DNA of 64,000 bases, from positions 5,024 through 69,023 of the forward strand of contig DUSI01000060.1 of assembly GCA_012842685.1 (NCBI GenBank), in the 5' to 3' direction. Position 1 is the stretch's first letter. Each line of letters opens with the position of its first letter. Both the position numbers and the translations under genes were made by a program. This DNA is from Candidatus Fermentithermobacillaceae bacterium. Its GTDB lineage: Bacteria; Bacillota; Sulfobacillia; Fermentithermobacillales; Fermentithermobacillaceae. This document shows positions 25,198-34,306 of the stretch, piece by piece. A model generated the notes under the pieces. That model saw nothing but the letters and a program-made list of their open reading frames with translations. It was not told where the DNA came from and did not search any database.

Positions 25198-28100
25198 TTG
25201 AACCTTTCTAAAAACGCGATCCAGGTCTTGGAGAAGAGGTACCTGAAAAAAGACGAGACCGGAAAACCTCTTGAGACGCCCGCCGAGATGTTCTGGCGGG
25301 TAGCCAAGAATATCGCCCTTATGGATCTGTTATATTACCCCGAGGTCTATTCCGGTCTCGCCAAGAAGCAGAAGAAAACCACCTTCGTCGCGGGAGCGCC
25401 CGAGAAGCCCGAAACGGCGGGGGAACACGAGTTCTCTCTTTCGGAATGGGACTGGGCGACCCTGAAAATGGCCTTTAGCCGTCTTGAGTCTAAGGGCCTT
25501 GCGAAGATTTCGTGGGACGATTTCAGGGAGCTGGTGGATGCGAGGAAGGACGAGATCCGCGATCTTGCGGTGAGATTCTACGAAGTGATGACCGACGTGA
25601 AATTCCTTCCCAACTCTCCTGCCCTGATCAACGCAGGGCGAGAGCTCCAGCAGCTGTCCGCTTGCTTCGTCCTGCCCATTGACGATTCGATGGTGAGCAT
25701 CTTTGATTCTTTGAAGCACGCCGCGCTCATCCACCAATCAGGCGGCGGTACTGGGTTCAGCTTCAGCCGCCTGAGGCCCAAGAACGACGTGGTGAGGTCC
25801 ACCGGCGGAGTCGCGTCGGGACCCGTTTCGTTCATGAAGGTGTTCAACGCCGCGACAGAAGCGGTTAAGCAGGGCGGAGTGAGGCGCGGCGCCAACATGG
25901 GGATCCTGCGGGTGGATCACCCGGATATCCTCGAGTTCATCACCTGCAAGACCGACAACAGCGAGCTCACCAACTTCAACATCTCGGTAGGGGTCACCGA
26001 GAAGTTTATGGAAGCCGTCAAGAAAGGCGAAGAGTACGAGCTGGTGAACCCCAGAAACGGCCAGGTGACGGGGAAGCTTAATGCCCGCGAGGTCTTCGAG
26101 AAAATCGTGGACCAGGCCTGGAGGAACGGCGAGCCGGGCATCATATTCCTCGACCGTTTGAACAGGGACAATCCCACTCCTGAAATCGGCCAGATAGAGA
26201 GCACCAACCCTTGCGTTGCGGGCGACGCCCTTGTCTCCACCGAGATGGGCCTGATCCCCATCAGGGAAATGGCGGAGAAATGGCCTGACGGTGGGATCAA
26301 GGTAACCATCGACTGGCGTGTCTTGGGTGAAAGGCTCCGGGAAGGAACGTCGGGGACCTTCGTGGAGACGGCTACCGGAGTAGGCGTCGTGCCCCTGGCA
26401 AGAGCTTTCCGGACGGCCGTCAAGGAGGTCATCCGGGTCAGGACCAGGAGCGGGTACTCGGTAGAGGTTACGCCCGATCATAAGATCATGACAACTCGTG
26501 GGTGGGTGCCTGCCGCCGAGCTCAAACCAGGAGTGGATTCGGTCCTTATCCAATCCGGCGCGGGCCGGTTCAGCTGCGACTCGTCCCTCCCTGCGGGGGC
26601 CCAAAACGCAAGGACCGGCGCCAACGGCCGTACATACCGGAAAAACTTCCCCACAACTTGGTCCAGAGAGCTAGGTATCATCTTGGGCTGGCTCGTCGGC
26701 GACGGCTGGCTTAGAGACTCTGGGAAGAACTGCCGCGTCGGTTTCACCTTCTCCGGACAAGATCTCGGCGTGATGGAGATGGTGAAGTCTGCCCTTGACA
26801 GGTGGTATGGCCCCGTAAAGCCGGTTATGCGGAAGAATGGCGTCTATCATCTCCGCTACCACTCCAAGTCGGTGGTAGAGTTCTTCCGGAGCCTTGGGGT
26901 TCAGCCAGTGAAAGCCGCCTTCAAGAGAGTGCCTGAGACCATATTCAGGGCTACCCGCGAAGCGGTAGTGGGTTTCCTCCAGGGGTTGTTCACTGCCGAT
27001 GGAACGCTGGCGACATCGCCGAACGGTACGGCCTACTTGAGGCTTACGTCCAAATCAAGGCTCCTCCTGGAGGATGTGCAGGTCCTCCTCCTGAGCCTCG
27101 GGATTATGTCGACCATCTATGACAGGTCGAGGCCTGCCAGGGAGTGTTTCTCCAACAAGACTGCCGGAGGCTCCGAAAGAGCGTATGTGAGCGACGGCGT
27201 GCTCTACGAGCTCCAGGTGTCCAAGGAAGACCTGGGACTCTTCATAGATGAAGTGGGCTTTGCCGACGACCGCTTTGCCGGGAAGATTGGAGAACTGAAG
27301 AGACGGTCGAGAGGGTTCTACCGCCGTCATTACGTGGATGTTGTCGAAGCCTTGGAACCCGTTGGCGAAAAGGAAGTCTTCGACCTGACTGTACCCATCA
27401 GCCACTCTTTCATAGCTAACGGGATTGTGGTATCCAACTGCGGAGAACAGCCTCTCTTGCCCTACGAGGCTTGCTGCCTGGGTTCCGTGAACCTGGGCGC
27501 GTTCACGAAGCCCGTCTGGGGCATGGAGAACCCGCCTAAGGACGTCACGGAGCTTGTGGACTGGGACGGGCTCAGGAAAACCGTCCGGGCGGGAGTGCAT
27601 TTCCTGGACAACCTGATAGATGCCAACAAGTACCCGCTGCCCCAGATAGACGATATGGCCCACGGGAACAGGAAGATCGGCCTTGGGGTGATGGGCTGGG
27701 CCGATATGCTCATCGACCTCGGCATACCCTACTGCTCCGAGGAAGCCCTCCAGCTCGCTGAAAGGGTCATGTCTTTCATCGAGGAAGAGTCCGTGAAGGC
27801 TTCTATGGAGCTGGCGGAGAGCCGGGGCGTATTCCCCAACTACGAAAAGAGCGTCTTCGTGGCCAAGAACAAGCCCGTTAGGAACGCCACTACCACCACC
27901 ATCGCCCCGACAGGCACCATCAGCATCATCGCGGGCGCGTCCTCGGGCATAGAGCCTCTCTTCAGCATTGCCTTCACCAGGCACGTGCTGGATAAGAAGG
28001 CCCTCGTGGAAGTGAACCCGAGGTTCGAAAGGGTGGCCCGGGCCCTCGGCTTCTTCAGCGACGCCCTCATGGAGAGGATAGCGGAGCACGGCACGCTCAA

Positions 28101-28959
28101 GGGCATCCAGGGCATACCCGATGAGGTGCGTAAGGTCTTCGTCACCGCCCACGACATAACGCCCGAGTGGCACATAAGGATGCAGGCCGCGTTCCAGAAG
28201 TACACTCACAACGCGGTATCCAAGACCGTGAACTTCCCCAACGAAGCCACCCGCGAGGACGTCAAAGAAGTGTTCATCCTGGCCAACAAGCTCGGCTGCA
28301 AGGGCGTGACCGTCTACCGGGACGGGAGCCGGAGCGAACAGGTGCTTACGGTCGGAGCCGACAAAAAGGCGAAGGCCGCGGACGAGGGGCTGGGAGCGTC
28401 AGGGGAACTCCCGGGAGGCCACGAAGGGAAGGCCAAGGCAAAGGTCAACGGGGTCTGGGGTCACGTAAAACCCATCGAGCGGCCGGTGCGTCTGGACGGT
28501 TTCACGGCCGCCAAAGAGACTCCTGTGGGCAAGCTGTTCCTCACCCTGAATACCCTGGAAGGTCACCCGGTGGAGCTGTTTGCCCAGATCGGGAAGGCAG
28601 GAAGCGACGTGGCGGCCTTCACAGAGGCGATCGCCAGGCTCATCTCGATCGCCTTGAGGTCGGGCGTGGATCCCCAGGAGATCGCGGACCAGCTTGTGGG
28701 TATCGGCGGGTCCCGCGCCATAGGTTTCGGCCCCAACAGGGTCCGTTCGGTGCCGGATGCCATAGGGCAGTTCCTGGATGAGTACCTCAGGGGAGAGTCG
28801 GAGAAGGAAGACGAAGAGGAAGACTTCGGTCCTGTCCAGGATGCGCTACCCTTGGTTCCGGGTAAGAAATTCGGCCTGTGTCCCCAGTGCGGTACCTGGA
28901 ACCTGATCCACGTTGAAGGGTGCGCGAAGTGTCTGGCTTGCGGACATAGTGAATGTTAG
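25198..28959 (+). CDS. nrdJ: Class II (adenosylcobalamin-dependent) ribonucleotide reductase, interrupted by a 409-aa intein
   Basis: RNR blocks (SACFVLP, GGGTGFSFSRLRP, ESTNP|CGEQPL) and a C-terminal Cys-rich zinc ribbon (CPQCGTWNLIHVEGCAKCLACGHSEC). The extein total is ~844 aa. Confidence 0.9.
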   Translation: MNLSKNAIQVLEKRYLKKDETGKPLETPAEMFWRVAKNIALMDLLYYPEVYSGLAKKQKKTTFVAGAPEKPETAGEHEFSLSEWDWATLKMAFSRLESKGLAKISWDDFRELVDARKDEIRDLAVRFYEVMTDVKFLPNSPALINAGRELQQLSACFVLPIDDSMVSIFDSLKHAALIHQSGGGTGFSFSRLRPKNDVVRSTGGVASGPVSFMKVFNAATEAVKQGGVRRGANMGILRVDHPDILEFITCKTDNSELTNFNISVGVTEKFMEAVKKGEEYELVNPRNGQVTGKLNAREVFEKIVDQAWRNGEPGIIFLDRLNRDNPTPEIGQIESTNPCVAGDALVSTEMGLIPIREMAEKWPDGGIKVTIDWRVLGERLREGTSGTFVETATGVGVVPLARAFRTAVKEVIRVRTRSGYSVEVTPDHKIMTTRGWVPAAELKPGVDSVLIQSGAGRFSCDSSLPAGAQNARTGANGRTYRKNFPTTWSRELGIILGWLVGDGWLRDSGKNCRVGFTFSGQDLGVMEMVKSALDRWYGPVKPVMRKNGVYHLRYHSKSVVEFFRSLGVQPVKAAFKRVPETIFRATREAVVGFLQGLFTADGTLATSPNGTAYLRLTSKSRLLLEDVQVLLLSLGIMSTIYDRSRPARECFSNKTAGGSERAYVSDGVLYELQVSKEDLGLFIDEVGFADDRFAGKIGELKRRSRGFYRRHYVDVVEALEPVGEKEVFDLTVPISHSFIANGIVVSNCGEQPLLPYEACCLGSVNLGAFTKPVWGMENPPKDVTELVDWDGLRKTVRAGVHFLDNLIDANKYPLPQIDDMAHGNRKIGLGVMGWADMLIDLGIPYCSEEALQLAERVMSFIEEESVKASMELAESRGVFPNYEKSVFVAKNKPVRNATTTTIAPTGTISIIAGASSGIEPLFSIAFTRHVLDKKALVEVNPRFERVARALGFFSDALMERIAEHGTLKGIQGIPDEVRKVFVTAHDITPEWHIRMQAAFQKYTHNAVSKTVNFPNEATREDVKEVFILANKLGCKGVTVYRDGSRSEQVLTVGADKKAKAADEGLGASGELPGGHEGKAKAKVNGVWGHVKPIERPVRLDGFTAAKETPVGKLFLTLNTLEGHPVELFAQIGKAGSDVAAFTEAIARLISIALRSGVDPQEIADQLVGIGGSRAIGFGPNRVRSVPDAIGQFLDEYLRGESEKEDEEEDFGPVQDALPLVPGKKFGLCPQCGTWNLIHVEGCAKCLACGHSEC
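26212..27438 (+). mobile_element. Intein with LAGLIDADG homing-endonuclease domain, inserted at the catalytic Cys of the NPCGE motif of nrdJ
   Basis: Block A C-VAGDALV (Cys1); block B TPDHKIMT; LAGLIDADG blocks ILGWLVGDGW and GFLQGLFTADGTL; C-terminal block VFDLTVPISHSFIANGIVVSN, followed by the extein +1 Cys (CGEQPLLPY). Confidence 0.85.
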
Positions 28960-28990
28960 GACCTGCTTAGGATATCTGAGAAACGGTCGA

Positions 28991-29024
28991 AAGGGAGGCG
29001 CCTTTGGCGTCTCCCTTTCTATAC
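28991..29024 (+). terminator. Rho-independent terminator after nrdJ
   Basis: GGGAGGCGCC-ttt-GGCGTCTCCC stem (one G-U pair) followed by TTTCTATACG. Confidence 0.65.
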
Positions 29025-29087
29025 GCCTTACGCAGGGCATATCTTGATTAGTAAGACTCACCAACCCGTCCATACAGTGGCCCAATC

Positions 29088-29130
29088 AGCACAACTGTAG
29101 CAATTGTGTATGAAAAAACAATTGTACTCC
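29088..29130. promoter_or_regulatory. Three ACAA(C/T)TGT palindromic motifs upstream of the membrane-protein operon (candidate operator / promoter region)
   Basis: ACAACTGT (29091), CAATTGTG (29100) and ACAATTGTAC (29118). Together with the later TGCGCATTTGCGGCG these are the only notable elements between two terminator-bounded units. Confidence 0.4.
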
Positions 29131-29191
29131 AGCAGGAAACTGCGCATTTGCGGCGAAATCTCAGAGTCACAATCGGGAAGGAGGTGACCAT

Positions 29192-29965
29192 ATGTCTATC
29201 GTTAGCGGTTACAGTTTCGCTTTCTGGGTAGAGCTGATCTTCCTGGTCACGGTCATCGTGATGATCAGGAGGGCCAGGGGCGGCATGAAGATCCCGGAGA
29301 TCTACAAGGTGGCAGGTCTCGAGGCTATGGATGAGGCTATCGGACGCTGCACTGAGATGGGCAAGCCGGTGCACTTCTCGCCTGGTATCGGCGACCTGCA
29401 GAACGCTCAGACGCTCGCCGCTATGTCCATCTTGAGCTACGTGGCCAAGCAGTGCGCGCGTTACGACACGGACCTAATCGCCACCAACAGGAACGTTATC
29501 GTGTATCCTCTTTCGGAGGAAATCGTGAAGCAGGCTTACGCCGAAGTCGGCAAGCTTGACAACTTCAAGCCCGATAACGTCCGTTGGATTTCCAACGACC
29601 AGTTCGCCTACGCCACCGGCGTTACCGGTATCATGTTCCGCGAGAAGCCCGCTGCCAACATCCTGGTTGGTGCGTTCTGGGCCGAGTCCTTGATCTTCGC
29701 GGAGGTCGGTTCCATCGCCGGTGCGATCCAGATCTCTGGTACCGCCAACACCCACCAGATCCCGTTCTTCGTCGCGGCTTGCGACTACTGCCTGATAGGT
29801 GAGGAGCTCTACGCTGCCAGCGCCTATCTCAGCAAGGAGCCCGTGCTCCTCGCGAGCCTCGTCGCTCAGGACTGGGGTAAGATGGTCGGCGTGCTCCTTA
29901 TCGTAGTAGGCACCGTGATGGTCAGCTTTGGTTCGAATGCTCTTAAGACTCTGCTTACCAAGTAA
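29192..29965 (+). CDS. Hypothetical membrane protein (N-terminal TM, central soluble domain, C-terminal hydrophobic region); gene 1 of a four-gene membrane operon
   Basis: Consensus RBS GGAAGGAGGTG 8 nt upstream of the ATG; hydrophobic N-terminus (FAFWVELIFLVTVIVMI) and C-terminus; no recognisable family. Confidence 0.6.
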   Translation: MSIVSGYSFAFWVELIFLVTVIVMIRRARGGMKIPEIYKVAGLEAMDEAIGRCTEMGKPVHFSPGIGDLQNAQTLAAMSILSYVAKQCARYDTDLIATNRNVIVYPLSEEIVKQAYAEVGKLDNFKPDNVRWISNDQFAYATGVTGIMFREKPAANILVGAFWAESLIFAEVGSIAGAIQISGTANTHQIPFFVAACDYCLIGEELYAASAYLSKEPVLLASLVAQDWGKMVGVLLIVVGTVMVSFGSNALKTLLTK

Positions 29966-30008
29966 GTTGTCCTTGCGATTTGTTTGCACCGGCCGAATCT
30001 GAAAGGAG

Positions 30009-30659
30009 GTGTACCGGATGAAGAAGGAGGTACCGATAGCCATTACCTTCATCCTGGCCGTGTTCTACGTAGTGGCCAACTACTTCACGGGTTCCCCGTT
30101 CCTGGCCACCGTCAAAGACCGGCTGGATAGGTGGTATCTGGTCGTAGCCGCGTGGGCGGTGCTCGTCGGTTCCATCAACCTGTGCCAGATCCACGGTCGC
30201 AGGATATCCCAGAAGAGAGAGGGCTGGGTGTTCAGCGTCTGGTTGCTGATCTGTCTATTCGGAATGATGTTCTTCGGCATCTTCATAGCCAAGAACCCGT
30301 CGCATCCAGGCTGGACTTTCATGTACAACCAGCTCATCGCTCCGATGAACGCGACCGTGTATTCTACGATCGTGTTCTATATCGGCTCTGCGGCGTACAG
30401 AGCGTTTAGGGTGCGCAGCCCTGAAGCTTCGGTTCTTCTGTTCACGGCTCTTATTATGATGCTGGGCCGCGTTCCGCTCGGCGCCATGCTCCTGGGCGGA
30501 AACCAGGCACTCTCGCAGATGGCTGACTGGATCCTGAACGTACCCAACGCAGCGGGTATGAGAGGTATTCAGATCGGCGCGTGCTTGGGTGGTGTGGCTA
30601 CAGCTCTTCGTATCGCCCTTGGAATTGAACGTGGCCACCTCGGTGGCACTGGTGAGTAA
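30009..30659 (+). CDS. Hypothetical polytopic membrane protein (~6 TM); gene 2 of the operon
   Basis: RBS AAAGGAGGTG; multiple hydrophobic helices (IAITFILAVFYVV, LVVAAWAVLVGSI, VFSVWLLICLFGMMFFGIFI ...). Confidence 0.6.
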   Translation: MYRMKKEVPIAITFILAVFYVVANYFTGSPFLATVKDRLDRWYLVVAAWAVLVGSINLCQIHGRRISQKREGWVFSVWLLICLFGMMFFGIFIAKNPSHPGWTFMYNQLIAPMNATVYSTIVFYIGSAAYRAFRVRSPEASVLLFTALIMMLGRVPLGAMLLGGNQALSQMADWILNVPNAAGMRGIQIGACLGGVATALRIALGIERGHLGGTGE

Positions 30660-30686
30660 AACTCCGCGACAAGGAGGTGAACTAGC

Positions 30687-31523
30687 GTGTGGGAAAAGCT
30701 CACGAACATTGACAGGCGTTGGCTCTACGCCTTGATGATATTGGTCATCGCCCTCGCCTTGATCAATCCCGTCGGTCTCGCGATTATACCGTCTGCCGAG
30801 ACCAAGAACGTGTACGACATCATCGAGAGCCTCCCGCCCGGAAGCATCGTGTGGATGGGCATGGAGTTCTCCGCGGGCGGTATCCCCGAACTCATGCCTG
30901 CCATCCTCTCGATGATCAGGCAGGGCTGGAAGGAAGGGCGTGACCTCAGGTTCGTCTGCGCCGGTATGTGGCAGATGGCTGGTGACATGGCCGACCAGGC
31001 GTTCACCACCCTGAAGGACGAATTCCCGAACAAGCAGTACGGGGTCGACTGGGTCAACATCGGCTACAAGCCCGGCGGCGAGGTTCTGCTCCAGCAGTAC
31101 CAGAACAACATCATCGAGACCGCTCTGGGCGTGGACTTCTACGGGAACGATCTGAACACGCTCCCGCTCATGAAGGAGTTCACCAGCCTCAAGCAGGCTG
31201 ACCTGATCGCCATCTTCTGCACCGGCACCCCCGGTGAGAAGGAGTATATCAAGCACGTAACGAGCCCGAACAACATCCCGCTCATCGAGTCGGCCATCTC
31301 GGTCAGCATTCCCGAGATCATGCCGTTCGTCCAGGCGGGCCAGATCAAGGGCCTCATCGCCGGAATGAAGGGCGCGGCTGAGTACGAGGTTCTGGTCGGA
31401 GCCCCGGGTTCGGCTACGGCAGGTATGGACGCCCAGTCGTTCTCGCACGCTCTAATCATAATCTTCATGATTCTTGGTAACATCGGTTACGTGCTTACCA
31501 AGAACAAGAAGCAAGCATCATAG
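30687..31523 (+). CDS. Hypothetical bitopic membrane protein with large extracytoplasmic domain (N- and C-terminal TM anchors); gene 3 of the operon
   Basis: RBS AAGGAGGTG; N-terminal TM (WLYALMILVIALALI), ~200-aa hydrophilic domain, C-terminal TM (ALIIIFMILGNIGYVL). Confidence 0.6.
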   Translation: MWEKLTNIDRRWLYALMILVIALALINPVGLAIIPSAETKNVYDIIESLPPGSIVWMGMEFSAGGIPELMPAILSMIRQGWKEGRDLRFVCAGMWQMAGDMADQAFTTLKDEFPNKQYGVDWVNIGYKPGGEVLLQQYQNNIIETALGVDFYGNDLNTLPLMKEFTSLKQADLIAIFCTGTPGEKEYIKHVTSPNNIPLIESAISVSIPEIMPFVQAGQIKGLIAGMKGAAEYEVLVGAPGSATAGMDAQSFSHALIIIFMILGNIGYVLTKNKKQAS

Positions 31524-31553
31524 CGGGTTGCTACCCTGAGGAGGTGAAACGTA

Positions 31554-32186
31554 ATGTCCGAAACTATGGTTACGGTGGGGACTTGGCTGCAGGCCTTCTT
31601 CACCATCGTGTTGGTTTCCGCTGTCTTCAAGGACAACCCGCTATACCGGTTTGCTGAGCACACCTATGTAGGTCTCTTCGCTGGGTATGGAGTAGCGCTC
31701 ACCTACTTCAACTATATCCGTCCGAACGTCACCAAGAACCTGCTCACGGACGGAGAGTGGTCGCTGCTCATCCCGATAATCCTGGGTCTGCTCATCTACA
31801 CCAGGTATGTCAAGCCCGTCGCTTGGCTCAGCAGGTACACTATCTGCTTCCAGCTGGGTATCGGGTCCGGGTACGTCCTTGCCAAGGACTTCAAGCCGTA
31901 CTTCGTAGACCAGATCAGGGCTACGTTCCTGCCGCTCTGGGGCACCGGAGACTGGTGGAAGGATGTGTCCAACATCCTGTTCGTAGTCGGTACGGTCTGC
32001 TCCTTGGTGTACTTCCTGTTCACCATCCAGAAGAAGGGTGTACAGGGCAAGGTTTCGCTGGTAGGTCGCTACACGATGATGATCGCGTTCGGCGCTGCCT
32101 TCGGAAACACAGTCATGGCCCGTGTATCGCTCTTCCTGGGTAGGATGCAGTTCCTCTTGGGAGACTGGTTGGGTCTCATCAAGTAG
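31554..32186 (+). CDS. Hypothetical polytopic membrane protein (~5-6 TM); gene 4 of the operon
   Basis: RBS GAGGAGGTG; hydrophobic helices throughout; a strong terminator follows. Confidence 0.6.
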   Translation: MSETMVTVGTWLQAFFTIVLVSAVFKDNPLYRFAEHTYVGLFAGYGVALTYFNYIRPNVTKNLLTDGEWSLLIPIILGLLIYTRYVKPVAWLSRYTICFQLGIGSGYVLAKDFKPYFVDQIRATFLPLWGTGDWWKDVSNILFVVGTVCSLVYFLFTIQKKGVQGKVSLVGRYTMMIAFGAAFGNTVMARVSLFLGRMQFLLGDWLGLIK

Positions 32187-32203
32187 CGACGCTTTGCGAA
32201 CGG

Positions 32204-32240
32204 CAGGCGGGAGAGCCCACCTCCCGCCTGTTGTTTTTTC
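32204..32240 (+). terminator. Rho-independent terminator of the membrane operon
   Basis: GGCGGGAG-agcccac-CTCCCGCC stem-loop followed by TGTTGTTTTTT. Confidence 0.85.
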
Positions 32241-32292
32241 AACAAGGATCATGGGGCTTGAGACGGTGTTCAAAAGATTACCCAAGACAGGT

Positions 32293-33222
32293 TTAGTAGA
32301 GGACCGTTCGGCCCTTTTGACGCCTCGAGGCCACTACATCCTCCCAGGAAGCGAGACCGGCGAAACCGGCTTGCCTCGCGAGCCTTTCCGCTTCGGCGAT
32401 GTGTAGACCTACGTACTCGGGGCGGTGGGCGTCGGAACCCGCAACGGGCGGTTTTCCTCCCATCTCCCGGTACATCTCCAGGAACCTCAAGGCGGACCAC
32501 GAGAAGTGCCCGCGCTTGTTCACCATGTCGAGGTTGATCTCCATGCGCGCCTTCTGGGCTATCGCCTGGACGGCTTTTCTTGCGAGAGGCGCGATCTTGG
32601 GATGCTGGAACGGGTCGGGCCAGAGGCCGGGAAAATACCGCTCGTAGAGATCTACGTGGCCGATAACGTCGAAAAGCCCCGATGAGGCGGCACCCTCCAG
32701 CTGGGTGAAATAGCGCACCAGAGTCTCGACGCCGAGATCTGGGTCTCGCTTGAGCATTTCCCCGGATTCGGGCCTGAACATGTCTATTGGGTATGAGTCG
32801 TGGACCGAACCAAGGATCACGTCAAACTCGCACCCGCTCAAGAAGGCGCGGGCCAGCGCGTCTTCTTCGATGGTGTACCCGATCTCTACGCCCAAGAGGA
32901 CGGTGAGCTTACCCTTGATCTCACACCTGGCTACCGCGTGCTCAACCGCCGCCCGGTAAGTCTCATAGCTCTGGCAGTAGGGGCTAAAGAACCCGAAGCC
33001 CGCCGGGTTCCTCTCGGCATGGTCTGTGACGGCCACGGCCTCGAGCCCCCGGTCCAGCGCGGCCTTCAGCACTTCCTCTACGGGCGTCCGTGAATCGGGC
33101 GACAAGATCGTGTGGGTATGGAAGTCTGAATTCAAGACGGCACCTCCAGCTGGCTCCCGCGAACACTGCTCCGGTTTTCTCCGAGTATTTCGGGGAATTT
33201 CCCACCTGACCGAGTTTATCAC
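32293..33222 (-). CDS. PHP-domain phosphoesterase (HisJ / histidinol-phosphatase-like family)
   Basis: N-terminal DFHTHTILSPDS metal-binding motif; VAVTDHA; further His/Asp ligands (GSVHDS, GSDAH). Confidence 0.7.
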   Translation of the reverse strand: MINSVRWEIPRNTRRKPEQCSREPAGGAVLNSDFHTHTILSPDSRTPVEEVLKAALDRGLEAVAVTDHAERNPAGFGFFSPYCQSYETYRAAVEHAVARCEIKGKLTVLLGVEIGYTIEEDALARAFLSGCEFDVILGSVHDSYPIDMFRPESGEMLKRDPDLGVETLVRYFTQLEGAASSGLFDVIGHVDLYERYFPGLWPDPFQHPKIAPLARKAVQAIAQKARMEINLDMVNKRGHFSWSALRFLEMYREMGGKPPVAGSDAHRPEYVGLHIAEAERLARQAGFAGLASWEDVVASRRQKGRTVLY

Positions 33223-33341
33223 TTTGAGCCCGGGAGCAGAAGGGTTTGGCAGGGAGATGAAGAAGCGAGAAGTGTATTGCCTACAGAAGAGCTTCCAATG
33301 CTTCTAACCGGACCACAGAGTCCTCTGGGAGGTGAACCTGG

Positions 33342-34226
33342 ATGATCACGGGTATCTTTGCCCCCATACCCACGCCTTTCGTCGGTGGGGAGATATCCTA
33401 CGACCATCTGGCGGAAAACATAGCGAAGTGGAACCAGACGGGCCTCGCCGGTCTGGTGGTGATGGGTTCAAACGGCGAGGCGGCGTATGTGGATGAAGAC
33501 GAGAAGGTCGAGATGTGGGCCTTCACGAGGAAGCACCTGAGCCCCGACAAGCTCCTCGTAGCCGGCACCGGCCAGGAGAGCACCAGGGCCACGATCCGCC
33601 TCACGAAGAAAGCCGCCCAGGCGGGAGCCCAGGCCGCCCTCGTCCTCAGCCCGAATTACTTTAAGGCCAATATGACTCCGGCAGCCCTGGAACGTTTCTA
33701 CAGGGATGTGGCCGACGAGTCGCCCATCCCGGTCCTCATCTACAACATGCCGGCCAACACAGGGATAAACCTGTCTTCTGCGCTGGTTACGCGGCTGGCG
33801 AACCACCCCAACATAATAGGGGTGAAGGATTCCAGCGGGAACATCGTGCAGATATCCGAGACCATAAAAGGGTCACCGGAAGGTTTCTCGGTCTTCGCCG
33901 GGTCCGCCAGCTTCCTGTTGCCGGCCGTGGTTATGGGCGCGCGGGGAGGGACTCTGGCCACGGCCAACGTAGTCCCCGACCTGTGCGTCAAGATCTACGA
34001 GCTGGCTCTCCAAGGGAAGATCGCCGAAGCCAGGGAGATCCAGATGTCCATCCTGGAGCTCAACGCGCTGGTTACTTCTAAGCACGGGGTGGCCGGTCTC
34101 AAGGCCGCGATGGATATGGCAGGGTATTTCGGCGGCGAGCCCAGGAGACCAATGCTCCCCGCGAGCGACGAAGCAAAGGCGGAGATAAGGCAGGCGCTGG
34201 AGAGGCTGGGACGCGTGGTAAGGTGA
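33342..34226 (+). CDS. DapA-family class I aldolase (dihydrodipicolinate synthase / 4-hydroxy-2-oxoglutarate aldolase / NAL family)
   Basis: GIFAPIPTPF...GLVVMGSNGEAAYVDEDEK...IYNMPANTGINL...GVKDSSG with the Schiff-base lysine region. Confidence 0.8.
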   Translation: MITGIFAPIPTPFVGGEISYDHLAENIAKWNQTGLAGLVVMGSNGEAAYVDEDEKVEMWAFTRKHLSPDKLLVAGTGQESTRATIRLTKKAAQAGAQAALVLSPNYFKANMTPAALERFYRDVADESPIPVLIYNMPANTGINLSSALVTRLANHPNIIGVKDSSGNIVQISETIKGSPEGFSVFAGSASFLLPAVVMGARGGTLATANVVPDLCVKIYELALQGKIAEAREIQMSILELNALVTSKHGVAGLKAAMDMAGYFGGEPRRPMLPASDEAKAEIRQALERLGRVVR

Positions 34227-34306
34227 ACCGCCGGCGGTTCCGCGTCCACGCCAAAGGCCCGGAAGGCCGCGCAAGAATGTGCGTTACGAAGGAAGGAGAG
34301 TCAAGA

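Noticed and set aside
27055-28209. 384-aa ORF antisense to nrdJ
   Set aside because: Overlaps conserved RNR exteins on the other strand; no motifs.
30255-31448. 397-aa minus-strand ORF across the membrane-protein operon
   Set aside because: D/R/G-rich with no features, whereas the plus-strand genes have consensus RBSs, TM helices and a flanking terminator.
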